From positions 11,584-75,583 of the IMG/VR virus record IMGVR_UViG_3300042154_000876: 64,000 bases of DNA. One strand, written 5' to 3'. Both the position numbers and the translations under genes were made by a program. Below the pieces are notes generated by a model. The model did not search any database, had not been told where the DNA came from, and saw only the letters and a list, made by a program, of their open reading frames with translations. The stretch comes from a virus. Positions 39,441-49,198 of this stretch are shown one piece after another (position 1 is the first letter of the stretch; each line of letters begins with the position of its first letter).

Positions 39441-42400
39441 ACGTATTGCTAGAACTAAAAGCCTATCTGGTTACCTAGGATCGATCTCCCAGGAGCTTGG
39501 CGAAGCACGCCTAAGAAACTTTAGTACGTCTATCTCGGCTGAGGCTATCGACGCCAGCACTCTGTCTGAAGAAGTTCAGATCCTAGACAAGGCAATTCAA
39601 AGCGACAACTACGCGCCGGGGGCGGATGGCTGGCGTATCGACGGATCTGGAAACGCCGAGTTTGGTAACGTCTACGTTCGCGGTGACATCAATGCACTGT
39701 CGGGAACTATTGGCTACTGGAATATCTCCAACCCGTTGGTTGATCGCACGTTTGGCACTACTACTCTGCATGGCACCTTCCTAGAAAGTTTTGATCACGG
39801 ACCTACCGATGTCGACGCTGTCAGCGGCACCTACGTCTCCCTGTTTAAGTCTTATGAAGACATCGAAACCAATTTCACTGCTGTAAAACTTGAGTCTAAC
39901 AAGGTCACTCTAACAATCTCTGGCCATACGTACAGTGTTGGCGACCCCCTTATTGTTAGTTTTGATGATGCTACATACACCGCTCTGGAGTCTTCTCAAA
40001 CATCGCTAGTTACTATTTCAGAGACAACCTATGAGACTATTAGCTATAGTGTAGGTTCTTACAATGCTAGCGGTGCAGCAGATGTTGCAACAACTGAAAC
40101 TGCTGGAACCATCAAAATTTACTATGATGACGTTGCCGGCCTCTACCTTCGTGACTACGGCAAAGCCGAGTTCGACTACGGATACTTTTCTAATAGAGGC
40201 GTCTCTTATGTGTCGTCACCAGAAGTCAACTTTATGTACAACCCAAGCTTTGAGTATATAAACTCATCTTCTGTGCGTGTAGGTAGCACGACTTCCTGGG
40301 ATCTTGCGAATCTCACAAGTTATGCCCAAACAAAAGCTATAACTAATGCCGTACAGAGCGGGACTACCGTAACTCTTACGGTTGGTTCTGGCCATGGGTT
40401 TGTTATTGGTGATCAAGTTGATGTTAATGATGTTACGACAGTTGGATACACTGCCCTAAATAATGACAATGAAGTAGTGCTGACTGGGGTGGCTACTTCT
40501 ACAATTACTTACACCTCTGGAACCAGTAGAACCCTGACCAGTGCTGCATGTAATGGAAACGTTGTTCGCACCGCGGCGGTAGATCCTGACGTATTGCTCA
40601 GTCGAGGGTCTTTTACAGCTGCATATGCTATGCAAAGTACGTACGGTATCCACCATGAGTGGACCACCACTGCCGGGGATGACTATCTAATTGGAACCAT
40701 TGACTACAGCGAGATTTTAAATAAAAAGTACACATCCTCGCTGCTTCCTATTTACTTTGGATTTGACGCGTTTATAGCCGCGGATATGAATCCAATAACT
40801 GCAACCGCTGTGACAGCGAATGCCACTTCAGGTTCGATCACTGTAACCGTAGATCAAGCACCGAGCAACGATGGAATTGCTATTGGTGACTATGTATATC
40901 TGAGTTTTGTAGGAACTAGCCCTAGTAGCGGAGAGGATTTAATAGCTACAGGGTCTTATACGCCTTCAGAGCTATCTAGAATTTATGTTGTTACTGCTGT
41001 TGATAACACGTCTCCAGGGTTTAGCCTAACTGTGTCTCAAGCTGGTGGCATCAATACTACAGAGACTTTGACGCTATCTGCTCTAAAAGACGGTGACGGC
41101 GAAGATAGGGCCTACTTTGTGTCTAAGGTTATAGCGGGAGCACTTAACCTGGAGGACATATACATAACTTTTGGTGCTGTTGATGTCCCTCTAGCCAACG
41201 TTGTAGACACTAAAACTACTGCGATATGGGCCGCAGGCGGTAATTACTACTACACTAATAATCCGTCTTCTCTAATGAATAGATTGCTGGATACCTCTTT
41301 TGGCGAGGCAAACCAGACAATTACCCCGATGTCGAATCCTTATCCTGTAGTAATCGACAGCAGCAAACTCTATACCGAGTATAAAGCCAATGATCCTGCT
41401 GGTCTGGCCGCGGAAAATACAATCAAAATTAAAATCCCTAACTGGGCCTACAAACTTACGTTTTCTAGTGTTGGTACTGGTATAGCAGTCTCTGCTACTA
41501 AAGCTACGTCCTACTCCGGAAACAACCTCTACCTTGTGTATGACAGTTTTAGTTTTAGCACCGTTAGTACTCCATTTTATGGAGACACTATAGGGGCACT
41601 TTCAAACTATGACTGGAAGACATCAGCTAGTGCTCCGTCCAGCGTGTCTGCTAGCGTACTTGGAACATACTGGATTGATCTAAATCTTGATTCAAACACA
41701 TTTAATTTAAATGGTTTGGACTACATTGGGTTCTCGTCTAAAACCTATGCTTATTCCTACAGAGCTCCAGCTAATATAAACACGTATATGGGTCTGGGAA
41801 CCGTCGCCTATGCACCTGACACTTCTGCGTTTACAGATCCAGACCTGCACTATCTAAACATTAGTTCTGCTGTTCTTCAATTTCCTGATCCAACTACGCT
41901 ATATGCAAATGGGGTCTACACAAGGACAAGAAGCTACATTGACGTAGTCTCGTCTTACGGTGCTTCTGGTGTAGAGATGTCTGCCCTATTTGAACGTTTA
42001 GATTCGTCTGAGATTGTTGTAAATACTCAAAAGTCATCAATCATTGCCTACATTGACGAAGACGATAAATCACCTCGTATTGCCCTGAATGGTCTTATGA
42101 TTGACTTAAATGGTGCTGTAACTGCAGATAACATTACTGCAAATAAGATTCGACTGACTCCTGCTGTAGACCTGAGTGCTTCTTCTACTGAACACAACTT
42201 CCAAATTGGAGAAAGCAACGGCCTCAACCTTAGAATTGATAACAATGAAATTGAGGCCCTCAATAACGGGGTTGGAGCAAACCTAAACTTAAATGGTGCT
42301 GGCAGCGGGACTGTTGTATTTGGTGGTCTACTTGACTCAAACGACACCTATGCCAACGACATCACAACCACCCGTCGAGCCATGTGGATCTCGTCCGCTG

Positions 42401-42714
42401 GAGTCATGGGTTACGCATCTTCAAGCCGCACCAAGAAGCAGGACATTGTTTCGGCAAACATTGACATAAACTCTGTTTTGTCAGTAGAACCTAAACAGTT
42501 TAGATATATCAAAGCCGTCGAGCAGTTTGGAAATGACGCCCCTATTGAGCTAGGTATGATTGCTGAAGACCTACATGATGCCGGGCTTACCCACTTTGTG
42601 GACTATGGTCCAGACGGAGACATTCAGGGTATCCACTACAGCACCTATGTAGTTGCACTACAGGCCGTAGTTAGGGACTTAGCCGCTCGTATTGCTAGAT
42701 TAGAGAACGAATAA
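39430..42714 (+). CDS. Tail fibre/receptor-binding protein with C-terminal intramolecular chaperone (S74-like)
   Basis: GWRIDGSGNAEF..VRG; SSSRTKKQDI..GMIAEDL..IHY..coiled-coil end. Confidence 0.8.
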   Translation: MASRRIARTKSLSGYLGSISQELGEARLRNFSTSISAEAIDASTLSEEVQILDKAIQSDNYAPGADGWRIDGSGNAEFGNVYVRGDINALSGTIGYWNISNPLVDRTFGTTTLHGTFLESFDHGPTDVDAVSGTYVSLFKSYEDIETNFTAVKLESNKVTLTISGHTYSVGDPLIVSFDDATYTALESSQTSLVTISETTYETISYSVGSYNASGAADVATTETAGTIKIYYDDVAGLYLRDYGKAEFDYGYFSNRGVSYVSSPEVNFMYNPSFEYINSSSVRVGSTTSWDLANLTSYAQTKAITNAVQSGTTVTLTVGSGHGFVIGDQVDVNDVTTVGYTALNNDNEVVLTGVATSTITYTSGTSRTLTSAACNGNVVRTAAVDPDVLLSRGSFTAAYAMQSTYGIHHEWTTTAGDDYLIGTIDYSEILNKKYTSSLLPIYFGFDAFIAADMNPITATAVTANATSGSITVTVDQAPSNDGIAIGDYVYLSFVGTSPSSGEDLIATGSYTPSELSRIYVVTAVDNTSPGFSLTVSQAGGINTTETLTLSALKDGDGEDRAYFVSKVIAGALNLEDIYITFGAVDVPLANVVDTKTTAIWAAGGNYYYTNNPSSLMNRLLDTSFGEANQTITPMSNPYPVVIDSSKLYTEYKANDPAGLAAENTIKIKIPNWAYKLTFSSVGTGIAVSATKATSYSGNNLYLVYDSFSFSTVSTPFYGDTIGALSNYDWKTSASAPSSVSASVLGTYWIDLNLDSNTFNLNGLDYIGFSSKTYAYSYRAPANINTYMGLGTVAYAPDTSAFTDPDLHYLNISSAVLQFPDPTTLYANGVYTRTRSYIDVVSSYGASGVEMSALFERLDSSEIVVNTQKSSIIAYIDEDDKSPRIALNGLMIDLNGAVTADNITANKIRLTPAVDLSASSTEHNFQIGESNGLNLRIDNNEIEALNNGVGANLNLNGAGSGTVVFGGLLDSNDTYANDITTTRRAMWISSAGVMGYASSSRTKKQDIVSANIDINSVLSVEPKQFRYIKAVEQFGNDAPIELGMIAEDLHDAGLTHFVDYGPDGDIQGIHYSTYVVALQAVVRDLAARIARLENE

Positions 42715-42749
42715 AAATAGACTGAAAAGATAAATTTTCAGCCTATTTT
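42714..42749. terminator. Terminator between convergent late and replication units
   Basis: AAAATAGACTGAAAA-loop-TTTTCAGCCTATTTT; mismatch becomes G-U on minus strand with U tract. Confidence 0.7.
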
Positions 42750-42759
42750 AGTGAACCGA

Positions 42760-42975
42760 CTACCTCTTGAGTTTGCAGTATGCTGTGGCTTTGTAGTCAT
42801 ACCCGTCTTCAAGATCCGCGTTAGAGATTTCTACCTCCATGTCGACATACTCCGAGATGTCTCCGATAAAGCTCTCGTCAATCTCTAGGTAGTTCATCAA
42901 AGAGTTTTTTATCTTTCTTAGAACTTCCGAGTGAGTGTCACCGAAGACTACAATGTCTAGTTTGACACGTGTCAT
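42760..42975 (-). CDS. Hypothetical protein
   Basis: Stop/start coupled in minus operon. Confidence 0.7.
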   Translation of the reverse strand: MTRVKLDIVVFGDTHSEVLRKIKNSLMNYLEIDESFIGDISEYVDMEVEISNADLEDGYDYKATAYCKLKR

Positions 42976-43397
42976 TAACGAATCCTCTTCTCTAGCTTCT
43001 CTGGGGTGTAGTGAGTTCCGTCAAGCTTAGGTTCTTTTTCGTCTGTTGATTTGAAGATGATGTCTCCGGATCGAATAGCCACCACGATACCCTTGCGGCC
43101 GTTGTGCAGGTGGCCAACTTCTGTCATATCAAAGGCATTGTGAGCAACTCGAACTACGTCGCCAACAACTATCTGACCGCGCCGGGCCGGTACCCAGACC
43201 TCGTCTTTGTTTACTTCGATTAGGGAGTGGCCTAAACCGACCTTAGATAGGATATCTAGAACGTCTTTAGATTGGGCTGGATCCATCTCAATCTCTTCCC
43301 AGGTTTTAAGCATCTTTAGTACGGCTTTTCCTGTACCGACTCGGATCTTTGCGTCTGCAAACTGCTCCTTGACCCATTCGTAGTTGATTTTACGCAT
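42975..43397 (-). CDS. Hypothetical protein with C-terminal SH3/KOW-like region
   Basis: IVVGDVVRV..NGRKGIVVAIR; coupled start/stop. Confidence 0.7.
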   Translation of the reverse strand: MRKINYEWVKEQFADAKIRVGTGKAVLKMLKTWEEIEMDPAQSKDVLDILSKVGLGHSLIEVNKDEVWVPARRGQIVVGDVVRVAHNAFDMTEVGHLHNGRKGIVVAIRSGDIIFKSTDEKEPKLDGTHYTPEKLEKRIR

Positions 43398-44419
43398 TAT
43401 TTTCCTTCCACCTGAGAGATGTTAAGTAGGCTCTCTAGGTATTTGATAGATTCTTGTTTATTTGGGGTGTTGTTTAGATATTCTGCCTTTTGTCTGGCAG
43501 ATAGTTCTGCCTTCTGTAAGTCAGTGAAGTCTTCAATGGTGTGTGCCAAGTGTGACCATGGCTCTCCTAGAACTGTTGTTTCTTTCCAGGACGTATAGAT
43601 TGGGACGCCTGCGTTCAGAGCCTGAGCATATCGGTAGCTCCACCAGCTACCATCGTTTTTATGGGTGGTTATGATTGCTCCAGCAGACTGAAGCATCTGA
43701 CCGTAAACCTGATCGTCAGTCTCCCCTTTATTCCATTTCATTGGGTCTGTCTGGTAGCGAAGAGTTTCAACTAGTTTTTTAGTATCTCTAGTGGCAAATG
43801 AGTCCACTACCCATTTATCGAATCTCTCGCCGTGGGCAGTCTCTTCAGAAATCAGGTGTGCATCCAAAGAGATTCCGCTAAATTTAGGGACGTCTACAGT
43901 TATCTTTTCTCTGGCTTGTTCATCCGTCTTCCACGGTAGGCCTGGGTAGATTGTTTGAGGCCACTCTTTTGTAGCCAAGTTATTGACAGCTGTCGCAATT
44001 CGTGCCGACAGTGCGACATTTGAGACTACCTCTTTGTATCCTTTTCTGTAGGAGTAGAACTCCTTCATCAAGGCGGTTGGTGTTTTGTCTATAGACTTCA
44101 AGCTGGCGCACATCTGGGCCATACCCGGTGCGTCAACAAAAAGCCTGAGCTTGTCTGATCCCCAGAGTAGCCCTACAATATTTAGGGCACCATAGACTCG
44201 GTTAGCCGACAAGCTAGTGATTGGGCCTATGCCCACCAATACGGAGTCGTACTGGTCAAAAAAATCTTGAGAGACGTCTAGGCTTGGGTCTGCCCAAGTT
44301 ACGTCATGTCCTGCAGTAGTTAGGGCTTTGTGCAGCGCTCCAGCGAATGCAAAGTTGCGCGTGTTAGATCTTTGTGAAGCCTGAGGGGCTGTCATGCCTG
44401 TTAAATATATCTTTGCCAT
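43397..44419 (-). CDS. Putative GT-B fold glycosyltransferase
   Basis: ALTTAGHDV N-terminal and RYAQALNAGVPI C-terminal GT-B-like motifs; ATG at 44419 after hairpin. Confidence 0.45.
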   Translation of the reverse strand: MAKIYLTGMTAPQASQRSNTRNFAFAGALHKALTTAGHDVTWADPSLDVSQDFFDQYDSVLVGIGPITSLSANRVYGALNIVGLLWGSDKLRLFVDAPGMAQMCASLKSIDKTPTALMKEFYSYRKGYKEVVSNVALSARIATAVNNLATKEWPQTIYPGLPWKTDEQAREKITVDVPKFSGISLDAHLISEETAHGERFDKWVVDSFATRDTKKLVETLRYQTDPMKWNKGETDDQVYGQMLQSAGAIITTHKNDGSWWSYRYAQALNAGVPIYTSWKETTVLGEPWSHLAHTIEDFTDLQKAELSARQKAEYLNNTPNKQESIKYLESLLNISQVEGK

Positions 44420-44437
44420 ATTTTTCTTTCTTGAGTA

Positions 44438-44465
44438 AGGGGGCACCGTTTTCACGATGCCCCCT
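44438..44465 (-). terminator. Hairpin downstream of SSB gene
   Basis: AGGGGGCATCG-loop-CGGTGCCCCCT on minus strand. Confidence 0.55.
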
Positions 44466-44484
44466 ATTTGCTTCCGGTCTGGGG

Positions 44485-45066
44485 TTAGAACGGAGCGTCA
44501 GCTGGTGCTGCAGGAGCCGGAGCCGGAGCCGGGGCTGGAGCCGGAGCAGCAGCTACTGGAGCTGGAGCTGGGGCTGGAGCCGGGGCTGGAGCCGGAGCTG
44601 CGGCAGCCGGAGCTGGCATCTCATATGGCGTTGCTGGTGTTACAGGGGTAGCACCGGTACCGCTGTAGTAGCGGCTGATCTTGTTCTTCTTTGCTCCCTG
44701 GTAGAGCTCAGAAGCGATCTGTGCGCGGAACGTGCGGCCCGCTAGGCTTGCTTCGATCTGCGCGTTTGATGGGTTGTTGTTTGTGAAGAACTCACGAGGG
44801 ATACCCAGTGCACTCATCTTTGAGAAGAAAATACCTAGGGCATTCTTGTTCTCAGGGGAGATGGTGATGTTGTCCCAGATGAAGCGGTTGGCGTACGGGC
44901 CGCTAACGACCTGTGCCTTGAGCTTAAACATGGTTTTACCCGTGCTTGTGGTACCTGCTGGTGCTTCTACAACCTTTAGGTCGTAGTCACCGTCTGGTAG
45001 TGGTTCGAAATTGCCGGTGGCCTCGCCGGCATCTTTTACTAAATCGGCCCAGTTAAGAGAACTCAT
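44485..45066 (-). CDS. DUF669-like single-stranded DNA-binding protein
   Basis: FEPLPDGDY..GKTM..GPY..R.IWDN; C-terminal PF; follows Sak4. Confidence 0.8.
   Translation of the reverse strand: MSSLNWADLVKDAGEATGNFEPLPDGDYDLKVVEAPAGTTSTGKTMFKLKAQVVSGPYANRFIWDNITISPENKNALGIFFSKMSALGIPREFFTNNNPSNAQIEASLAGRTFRAQIASELYQGAKKNKISRYYSGTGATPVTPATPYEMPAPAAAAPAPAPAPAPAPAPVAAAPAPAPAPAPAPAAPADAPF
44488..44620 (-). repeat. Pro-Ala hexanucleotide repeat in SSB tail
   Basis: GGAGCC/GGAGCT/GGGGCT units encoding (PA)n. Confidence 0.9.
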
Positions 45067-45099
45067 AGCTGTTTTTTATTTTTCCTATTCTAGAGGGGG

Positions 45100-45873
45100 T
45101 TATGCCGAAGCCTGGGTAGACTTCTTTTTGGTTTCGGTCTTTTCACCGAAGATGATGTCAAGCATGCGCTCTACACCAAGGTTTTCCTGCTCAACAATCG
45201 CACCTAGGCGACCCTGAACACGCTCTCCTGCTTCTACCTTGTCGGTACGCTCCACATACATACGACGTGCTCGGTAAGGCAGTTGAGTTGGATCTGGGTT
45301 TGGAATAGTCTCGTTAGAGATGTATCCAAGTACATCGTAGAAGTACGGGGCCTGGACCGCAAGCTGACCCTGTAGGTAGGGGTGCATGAGGTCATCCTGA
45401 CCGCGCTTGGCCATAGCGGTGAGCACAACTGCCTCGAGAGGCTGGGTTGGGTGCATCGTTAGGTCGCGTAGGTCGCGTAGAAGCGCGCCCATGTGGCGAA
45501 GTAGCTCGCCCCACTGCTGCATCTTCATCTGCTCGGTGCCTGCAATGTTGTCCATACACTTAACCTGAAGCTCCGAGATGGAGTCAATGATTAGTGACTT
45601 GAACTGGTGCTTGCCGCTCTGAAGCCACTGGAATGCCTTCAAAACAACATCGTAGTCGCGAACTTGCACAACTACTGTGTCCCATGTGCCGTCAGCCACT
45701 GGTGGCTCTTCGCGCATTGGGTCCCAATACCGAACGTTGATTGGGAGGAAGCGGTGGCCGCCTTCCACGTCTAGCATTAGTCGGGGATATGGAGCTGTGA
45801 CAGCAAAAGTTGATTTACCAACCTTTGACTCGCCATAGACCATAAGGGTTAGAGAACGCTGTACATCTGACAT
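45100..45873 (-). CDS. Sak4-like AAA ATPase (ssDNA annealing)
   Basis: YGESKVGKST, LDVEGG, IIDSISE; between nuclease and SSB. Confidence 0.85.
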   Translation of the reverse strand: MSDVQRSLTLMVYGESKVGKSTFAVTAPYPRLMLDVEGGHRFLPINVRYWDPMREEPPVADGTWDTVVVQVRDYDVVLKAFQWLQSGKHQFKSLIIDSISELQVKCMDNIAGTEQMKMQQWGELLRHMGALLRDLRDLTMHPTQPLEAVVLTAMAKRGQDDLMHPYLQGQLAVQAPYFYDVLGYISNETIPNPDPTQLPYRARRMYVERTDKVEAGERVQGRLGAIVEQENLGVERMLDIIFGEKTETKKKSTQASA

Positions 45874-45875
45874 GC

Positions 45876-46841
45876 TTACTCTGTTCCTTTCTTCTCTTCG
45901 TCTTTACCGTAGTAACCGTATGGGTCGGATACCACATACAGCTGCTCAATAGCCGCCTCAGCCGCGCTACCGTCGTCAATCATCGGACAGATAGTATAGA
46001 ACTGACACTTCCATTTGCAGTCTTTGTTTGGGCTTGGGTAAGCCACAAAGTTTGGGTCTGAACCTACGTCAAGAGCTTTCTTGACGTTCATCAGATCACT
46101 AATCGTACCATGAATACGCTGCCAAAACGAGCGCATTGTGAAAATATTGTGACGAACTTCGATTTGTTCGTAGAACGGTGGACGTGCGTTAGCTGTACGC
46201 TTTACCTTTTTTAGCATGGTAAAGATGCCGCCCTCGGAGCGTTCGCCGGGTTCCTTGTTCTGTGCAGACTCTAGGAGCATGTAGGTAAGGATCTGCTCGT
46301 TCATCTGAGCCTGGTTGGCAAAGTCCGAGAACGAGCCACCCACAGTCTTGAAGTCGCGGAACATGCGTACGCCATCGTTCTTGCGGCGGACACGCATGTC
46401 TAGCTTACCCTGAAGAATAACTTCTCCATCGAAGAGTGGCATCTGGATAATCTCTTCGTTAGAGATCTTCTCTAGGTTAGAGTCAATACCTTCTTCGTCC
46501 ATCCACTCGAGGTAGCCTTCAAGCATGATGCGACCTAGCTCTGCCTCAGACTCTAGGTCCGTGGTGTCGCGGTAGTCAGCGACTAGCTTAGCCATGTCTT
46601 CGGCTACAAGTGTAGCGTGAGCCTCTAGCAAACCGATTTCGCCATCAGACGAGTAGTAACGGTCTAGAGCCTCGTGGATGCGGGAACCAAGAGCTAGGGC
46701 TCCAGTAAACTGAGTCTGCTTTGGCTGTAGACGTCGGTAGTAGTTGAGCCACCACTTACGTCGGCAATCCTTAAACACCTGGATTTCCGAGTTGGAGAGT
46801 GTGTAAGGTGTTTTTACTTCTGGTGTCGTTTCGTCGTTCAT
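45876..46841 (-). CDS. Cas4/RecB-like PD-(D/E)XK exonuclease
   Basis: S.SEI..F..CRRKW, GSRIH, GKLD, DFKT, Q..TY, C..C.F..IC. Confidence 0.85.
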   Translation of the reverse strand: MNDETTPEVKTPYTLSNSEIQVFKDCRRKWWLNYYRRLQPKQTQFTGALALGSRIHEALDRYYSSDGEIGLLEAHATLVAEDMAKLVADYRDTTDLESEAELGRIMLEGYLEWMDEEGIDSNLEKISNEEIIQMPLFDGEVILQGKLDMRVRRKNDGVRMFRDFKTVGGSFSDFANQAQMNEQILTYMLLESAQNKEPGERSEGGIFTMLKKVKRTANARPPFYEQIEVRHNIFTMRSFWQRIHGTISDLMNVKKALDVGSDPNFVAYPSPNKDCKWKCQFYTICPMIDDGSAAEAAIEQLYVVSDPYGYYGKDEEKKGTE

Positions 46842-46843
46842 AT

Positions 46844-48655
46844 TTAGAGCTTACCAGCCTTATCGTCTTTTAGCAACTCTAACAGTTTATCTTTGTCTTT
46901 GACAATCTGCTCGAAGTTGTCTGCCTTTGTTTCCAGTACCTGAAGAACACGTTCTTCAATGGTACCTTCGGTCACGTAGTCCATGATAATCACAGAGTCG
47001 TGGATCTCAGAACCGATTCGGTGAATACGGTCTAGAGCTTGTTTGTGGTCAACTAGCGACCACGGGCGCTGAAGCATCACTAGGCGACGTCCGGCGGTAA
47101 GGGTCACACCTACACCACCAGCCTGCACCGTGAACAGGATCCACTTGGTCTTGCCAGACTGGAAGTCGTCAATGGCCTTCTGACGCTGGTCCTCATTCTG
47201 GGCACCAGTGATTAGGCCGTGAGCAATTCCCTCCTTGGTCAAACGTGCGCTAAGAAGTTCGATTAGCTGACGGGACACAGCGGCTACCGCTACTGAGTCG
47301 TCTCCAAAGTCGCCGCTCTTAATATCATCCATTAGAGCATCTACTTTACACGATGGCTCTGCTAATAGCACAACCTCTTCTCCAGTAGTTTCGTCTACAG
47401 TGATTTCTGCAAAAGAGCTAGCAAACTGGTGTAGACGAGTTGTCTGAGTTAGAACGCTTGGTGCCACCACTGCCCCACCGCCACCTTCAAGCTCTGCAAT
47501 CATGTTGTCGCGCATGTCCTTGTAAGCTTTTGCCTGCTTTGCTGACATCTCGACGTCGCGACGTTCAAACATCATCTCAGGTAGCCAAGGAAGTACGCGT
47601 GACTTAAGCATGCGGCGCATGCGTGGGTTTACAGTTGCGTGGAACTCTGCTTCCATATGCGGCTTTAGTCCTAGAACCATCATGCCACCGAAAGCGTTGA
47701 GCATCGTGTTTACCATGCGGTCAATCCACTTAGTCTTGCTAGGCCACTCTTCTGGCGAAAGCCAGTGCAGGATTGCCCACATATCAAGCACGTCATTTGC
47801 AATAGGGGTACCGGTCAATGCAAAGCGAATGTCTGCGTCTCCGGTGGCGGCCCATAGAGCGCGGCTCTGCTTAGACTTAGGGTCCTTTGAGCGGTGCATC
47901 TCGTCAGCAATGACGGCCTTAAAGTCAATATTGTTAAGTTCTCGCGGGTGTACCTCGCAGCGGGTCTCGGTTACGCGGTCGTCTAATCCACCGCAGGCTG
48001 AGCAGCGTGCTAGTGCAATAGAGCCATAAGGCGATAGTCGAGAGTGTGAGCGTAGAGATTCCCAGTTTATTGCGTAAACATCGGCTTCTTCTTCAAACTG
48101 CTTACGACGCTGAGTAGCGGTTCCCTTGATAACCTGGACGCGTACGCCTGGCCACCACTTCTCAAACTCGCGCTTCCAGTTCTTTTTCAAAGTGTTAGGG
48201 CAAACGACTAGTGCTGGAAATGGTTCTCCGCCATCGTCCTGAATTTTTTTAAGGGCGCGGATAGCCTGGGCAGTCTTGCCAAGACCGGGCTCATCGGCTA
48301 GTAGAGCGCGGCGTGCGGTTGCTAGGTACTTAACTCCAGCGCGTTGGTGAGGGAATAGGTCTTCATCGCCTTCTCCGTCTGGAAGAATCTCTAGGTCGCG
48401 AAGAGCGTTGCTTGGGTCTACTCGGTTGGTGCGTTCTGCGCTGGCCCATGCGGTAAGGGCATCGCCTAGAACTAGGTCTTCTTTAAACGTTGAGCGTAAA
48501 GCTAGACAGGATGTCCACGACGCTGGGACCTTCCAAAGTTGGGATTTTCCGTCATAAGACGAGCCAGGTAGGCTTTTGCACAGTTCTTTGTAACGCCAGT
48601 CAGCGTTAATAAAGATGTATTTGCCGGTTTCGTCCAGCTCTACTCCTACTGCCAT
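46844..48655 (-). CDS. SNF2-family helicase
   Basis: ADEPGLGKT, DEMH, LTGTP, GVGVTL, QALDRIHRIG. Confidence 0.9.
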   Translation of the reverse strand: MAVGVELDETGKYIFINADWRYKELCKSLPGSSYDGKSQLWKVPASWTSCLALRSTFKEDLVLGDALTAWASAERTNRVDPSNALRDLEILPDGEGDEDLFPHQRAGVKYLATARRALLADEPGLGKTAQAIRALKKIQDDGGEPFPALVVCPNTLKKNWKREFEKWWPGVRVQVIKGTATQRRKQFEEEADVYAINWESLRSHSRLSPYGSIALARCSACGGLDDRVTETRCEVHPRELNNIDFKAVIADEMHRSKDPKSKQSRALWAATGDADIRFALTGTPIANDVLDMWAILHWLSPEEWPSKTKWIDRMVNTMLNAFGGMMVLGLKPHMEAEFHATVNPRMRRMLKSRVLPWLPEMMFERRDVEMSAKQAKAYKDMRDNMIAELEGGGGAVVAPSVLTQTTRLHQFASSFAEITVDETTGEEVVLLAEPSCKVDALMDDIKSGDFGDDSVAVAAVSRQLIELLSARLTKEGIAHGLITGAQNEDQRQKAIDDFQSGKTKWILFTVQAGGVGVTLTAGRRLVMLQRPWSLVDHKQALDRIHRIGSEIHDSVIIMDYVTEGTIEERVLQVLETKADNFEQIVKDKDKLLELLKDDKAGKL

Positions 48656-48733
48656 GTTGTTGTTCCTTTCGTCTCTAAATAGATACTATCACATTTTAGG
48701 AAATATTATTAGCAAAAAGCTATAGTATCTCGA

Positions 48734-49198
48734 CTATTTTAAAAGTTTTAGTGGTTTCCAGCCACTTTTGACCAATCTTAGCAGGCCATGTCGGATGCTG
48801 TCAAGTGCGTGCCCCTCGCCTCCGCGATGCCAGTAATCAAGGATTCTAATCTTTTCATTAGTGAACATTGCTTTTGCGTCGGCTGGAGATTGGAAAAAGA
48901 TTTCTTCGGGAGATCGTCCATTGTCCATAATAATCTGCTTTAGGATTCCAATCTGCTCCAGCGAATACGGAGCCTGCGAGTTGCGAACGGTCTGAGCGTT
49001 GATGGTGAATCGCTCGCACACAACTTCAAGCTTTACCCCGTGCGACTGGGAGAATCTGAAAGCGTCTCGAATAGGCTGAGCGTACTCGTGCTGCTGATAC
49101 TCTCCGGACCAAAGCATCGTTGGGTCCTCTTTACCGTCCCACGTGAAGTAGCACATGCCGGTGGCTTTTCCTGGGTCTACTGCTAAAATGTGTCGCAT
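48734..49198 (-). CDS. RuvC-like Holliday junction resolvase
   Basis: LAVDPGKATG, VVCE, HALDSIRH. Confidence 0.75.
   Translation of the reverse strand: MRHILAVDPGKATGMCYFTWDGKEDPTMLWSGEYQQHEYAQPIRDAFRFSQSHGVKLEVVCERFTINAQTVRNSQAPYSLEQIGILKQIIMDNGRSPEEIFFQSPADAKAMFTNEKIRILDYWHRGGEGHALDSIRHGLLRLVKSGWKPLKLLK

Noticed and set aside
820-42347. Numerous short antisense ORFs (e.g. 14817-15491, 17421-17876)
   Set aside because: Overlap long motif-bearing genes; no RBS or recognisable motifs
44374-44986. Plus-strand ORFs with EP/SR repeats
   Set aside because: Shadows of the Pro-Ala repeat in the SSB gene
45876-46841. Cas4-like gene as part of a CRISPR system
   Set aside because: No array or other cas genes; standard nuclease-Sak4-SSB recombination module
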